Positions 62,916 through 64,000 of a stretch of DNA of 64,000 bases are shown here, one piece after another. The stretch is from Monocercomonoides exilis PA203. Its lineage: Eukaryota > Protista > Preaxostyla. The stretch lies in the NCBI GenBank assembly GCA_001643675.2, contig LSRY02000028.1, forward strand, positions 1,054,001-1,118,000, written 5' to 3'. Each line of letters opens with the position of its first letter. Position 1 is the first letter of the stretch. The position numbers were made by a program, and so were the translations under genes. The notes beneath the pieces were generated by a model that saw only the letters and a program-made list of their open reading frames with translations, had not been told where the DNA came from and did not search any database.

Positions 62916-64000
62916 CTAATTCTTCGATTCTTCTTTGCTCATATCACATACAGTGAATTTGGTGTTGCTCTCTGAAAAGGAGTTGGCAGGGGCAGATGAG
63001 GCGAATGAGATGCACCCGCCATTGGTGGCAGTCTGTTGGCTGAGCAGTTCTGAGTTGATGTTGGTGATGGTGCAGTTGGCGAGGGAGAGGGAGAGGGCAG
63101 GGGAGGTGGCAGAGGAGAGGACACAGTTGGCTGGAGTGGCTGTGGAGGTGATGTCGGTGATGTTGGAGGAGTTGAGGGTGAGGGGTGCTGTGAGGGAGGT
63201 GAGGTGGAAGATGCTTTGGCTGTTGAGGGCGAGACTGGTGATTGCTGTGTGGTTGAGGGCGAGGGAGCCAGCAGTGAGAAAGAAGAGGGGAGTTGTGATT
63301 GACAATGAAGATGGGGTTGTTCCGGTGATGGTGGTTGTGTTGAGGTTGAGGGAAGGGGAGTTTTCAGAGAGGTGGAAGAGGACGGGAGTGATGGGATTTG
63401 TGGAGTTGTGGGCGATGGCGAGGGCAGAGACTGTGAGGGAACCCTGAGTCTGTTGGAAGAGGGCAGACGAGACAGATGGATCTGGTGAAGAAGATGTTGA
63501 TGTTGATGAGGATGACGATGAAAATGATGAATATGATGATGATGACTGTGATGACTGTGAATGCGAGTTTGGTGGTTGGGGAATGCCACTGGAGGCGATG
63601 GTGGTGGCAGTTGTGCCTTTTCCAGTGATTTTTGTGTCAACCGCGCTGAAGGTGAGTGTTTGAAGAGGAACAAATATTGAGGTGAGGAGCGTGAGGGAGG
63701 CGTCTTGGAGGATAGTGAAGCCATTGAGTGCATATTCGATGGTAGCACATGGTGTCTGTTGGGGTCTGCCACAGGCATCAGCATTAGTTACATTGCTGAA
63801 AACAATTTTGTTCTGTGTGATGAGAGGTAGCCATCCATTGAACACCGCATTGTCAGCTGTATTGTTATTCCACACTCTTTGTGTTATAGTTGTTGTTAAT
63901 CCACAGTGATTGAATGGTGATTGGATGATAGCATTGCCACTGAAAAATACATCATTCCCTCTTCCATTTTCTGCTGTATTTCCATCGAAGAAACAGAATG
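62916..64000 (-). CDS. Ser/Thr-rich beta-helix/adhesin-like surface-protein family member, 5'-partial and apparently 3'-truncated
   Basis: Open frame from near the window edge: ADACGRPQQTPCATIEYAL, LTVSALAIAHNS, LNLNTTTITG, LSLANCTITNI, TNGGCISF. The sequence switches abruptly to AT-rich, unrelated sequence and stops. May be a pseudogene. Confidence 0.6.
   Translation of the reverse strand, partial: FCFFDGNTAENGRGNDVFFSGNAIIQSPFNHCGLTTTITQRVWNNNTADNAVFNGWLPLITQNKIVFSNVTNADACGRPQQTPCATIEYALNGFTILQDASLTLLTSIFVPLQTLTFSAVDTKITGKGTTATTIASSGIPQPPNSHSQSSQSSSSYSSFSSSSSSTSTSSSPDPSVSSALFQQTQGSLTVSALAIAHNSTNPITPVLFHLSENSPSLNLNTTTITGTTPSSLSITTPLFFLTAGSLALNHTAITSLALNSQSIFHLTSLTAPLTLNSSNITDITSTATPANCVLSSATSPALSLSLANCTITNINSELLSQQTATNGGCISFASSAPANSFSESNTKFTVCDMSKEESKN

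Noticed and set aside
1-64000. Possible TAA/TAG=Gln reassignment, as in some oxymonads
   Set aside because: Very long ORFs lack internal TAA/TAG, and conserved genes end at TAA or TAG in the expected places.
1-64000. CRISPR arrays, tRNA, rRNA or prokaryote-like systems
   Set aside because: No repeat-spacer arrays, cloverleaf structures or rRNA signatures were seen; the sequence is eukaryotic.

Overview
Eukaryotic, AT-rich, intron-containing genomic DNA read in the standard genetic code (TAA, TAG and TGA all act as stops). Short GT-AG introns, often with GTTTG donors, Ser/Glu low-complexity proteins and characteristic expanded gene families point to an oxymonad, most likely Monocercomonoides; this is inference, not a database result. 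The first ~54.6 kb is gene-dense: a Cdc7-like kinase (5'-partial), an A/B-type cyclin, a DNAH1-like inner-arm dynein heavy chain, the dynein assembly factor DNAAF11/LRRC6, a copine, an equilibrative nucleoside transporter, a small membrane protein, an RNI-type LRR protein, a large Ser-rich protein, a SPRY protein, a helical hypothetical protein and a UVR-motif coiled-coil protein with repeated FDFI/AFGL motifs. The last ~9.3 kb is a graveyard of pseudogene fragments and inverted-repeat elements. The most notable non-coding features are (i) a ~230-nt GC-rich, highly structured island at 43337-43569, with an upstream TATA box and a CTAACCCT motif, which is a candidate ncRNA and possibly an unusually arranged telomerase RNA; (ii) a nearly perfect 449-bp palindrome at 26213-26661; (iii) a 3.7-kb unit bounded by ~200-bp inverted repeats that carries a host-gene fragment; and (iv) a TA-flanked 248-bp MITE.
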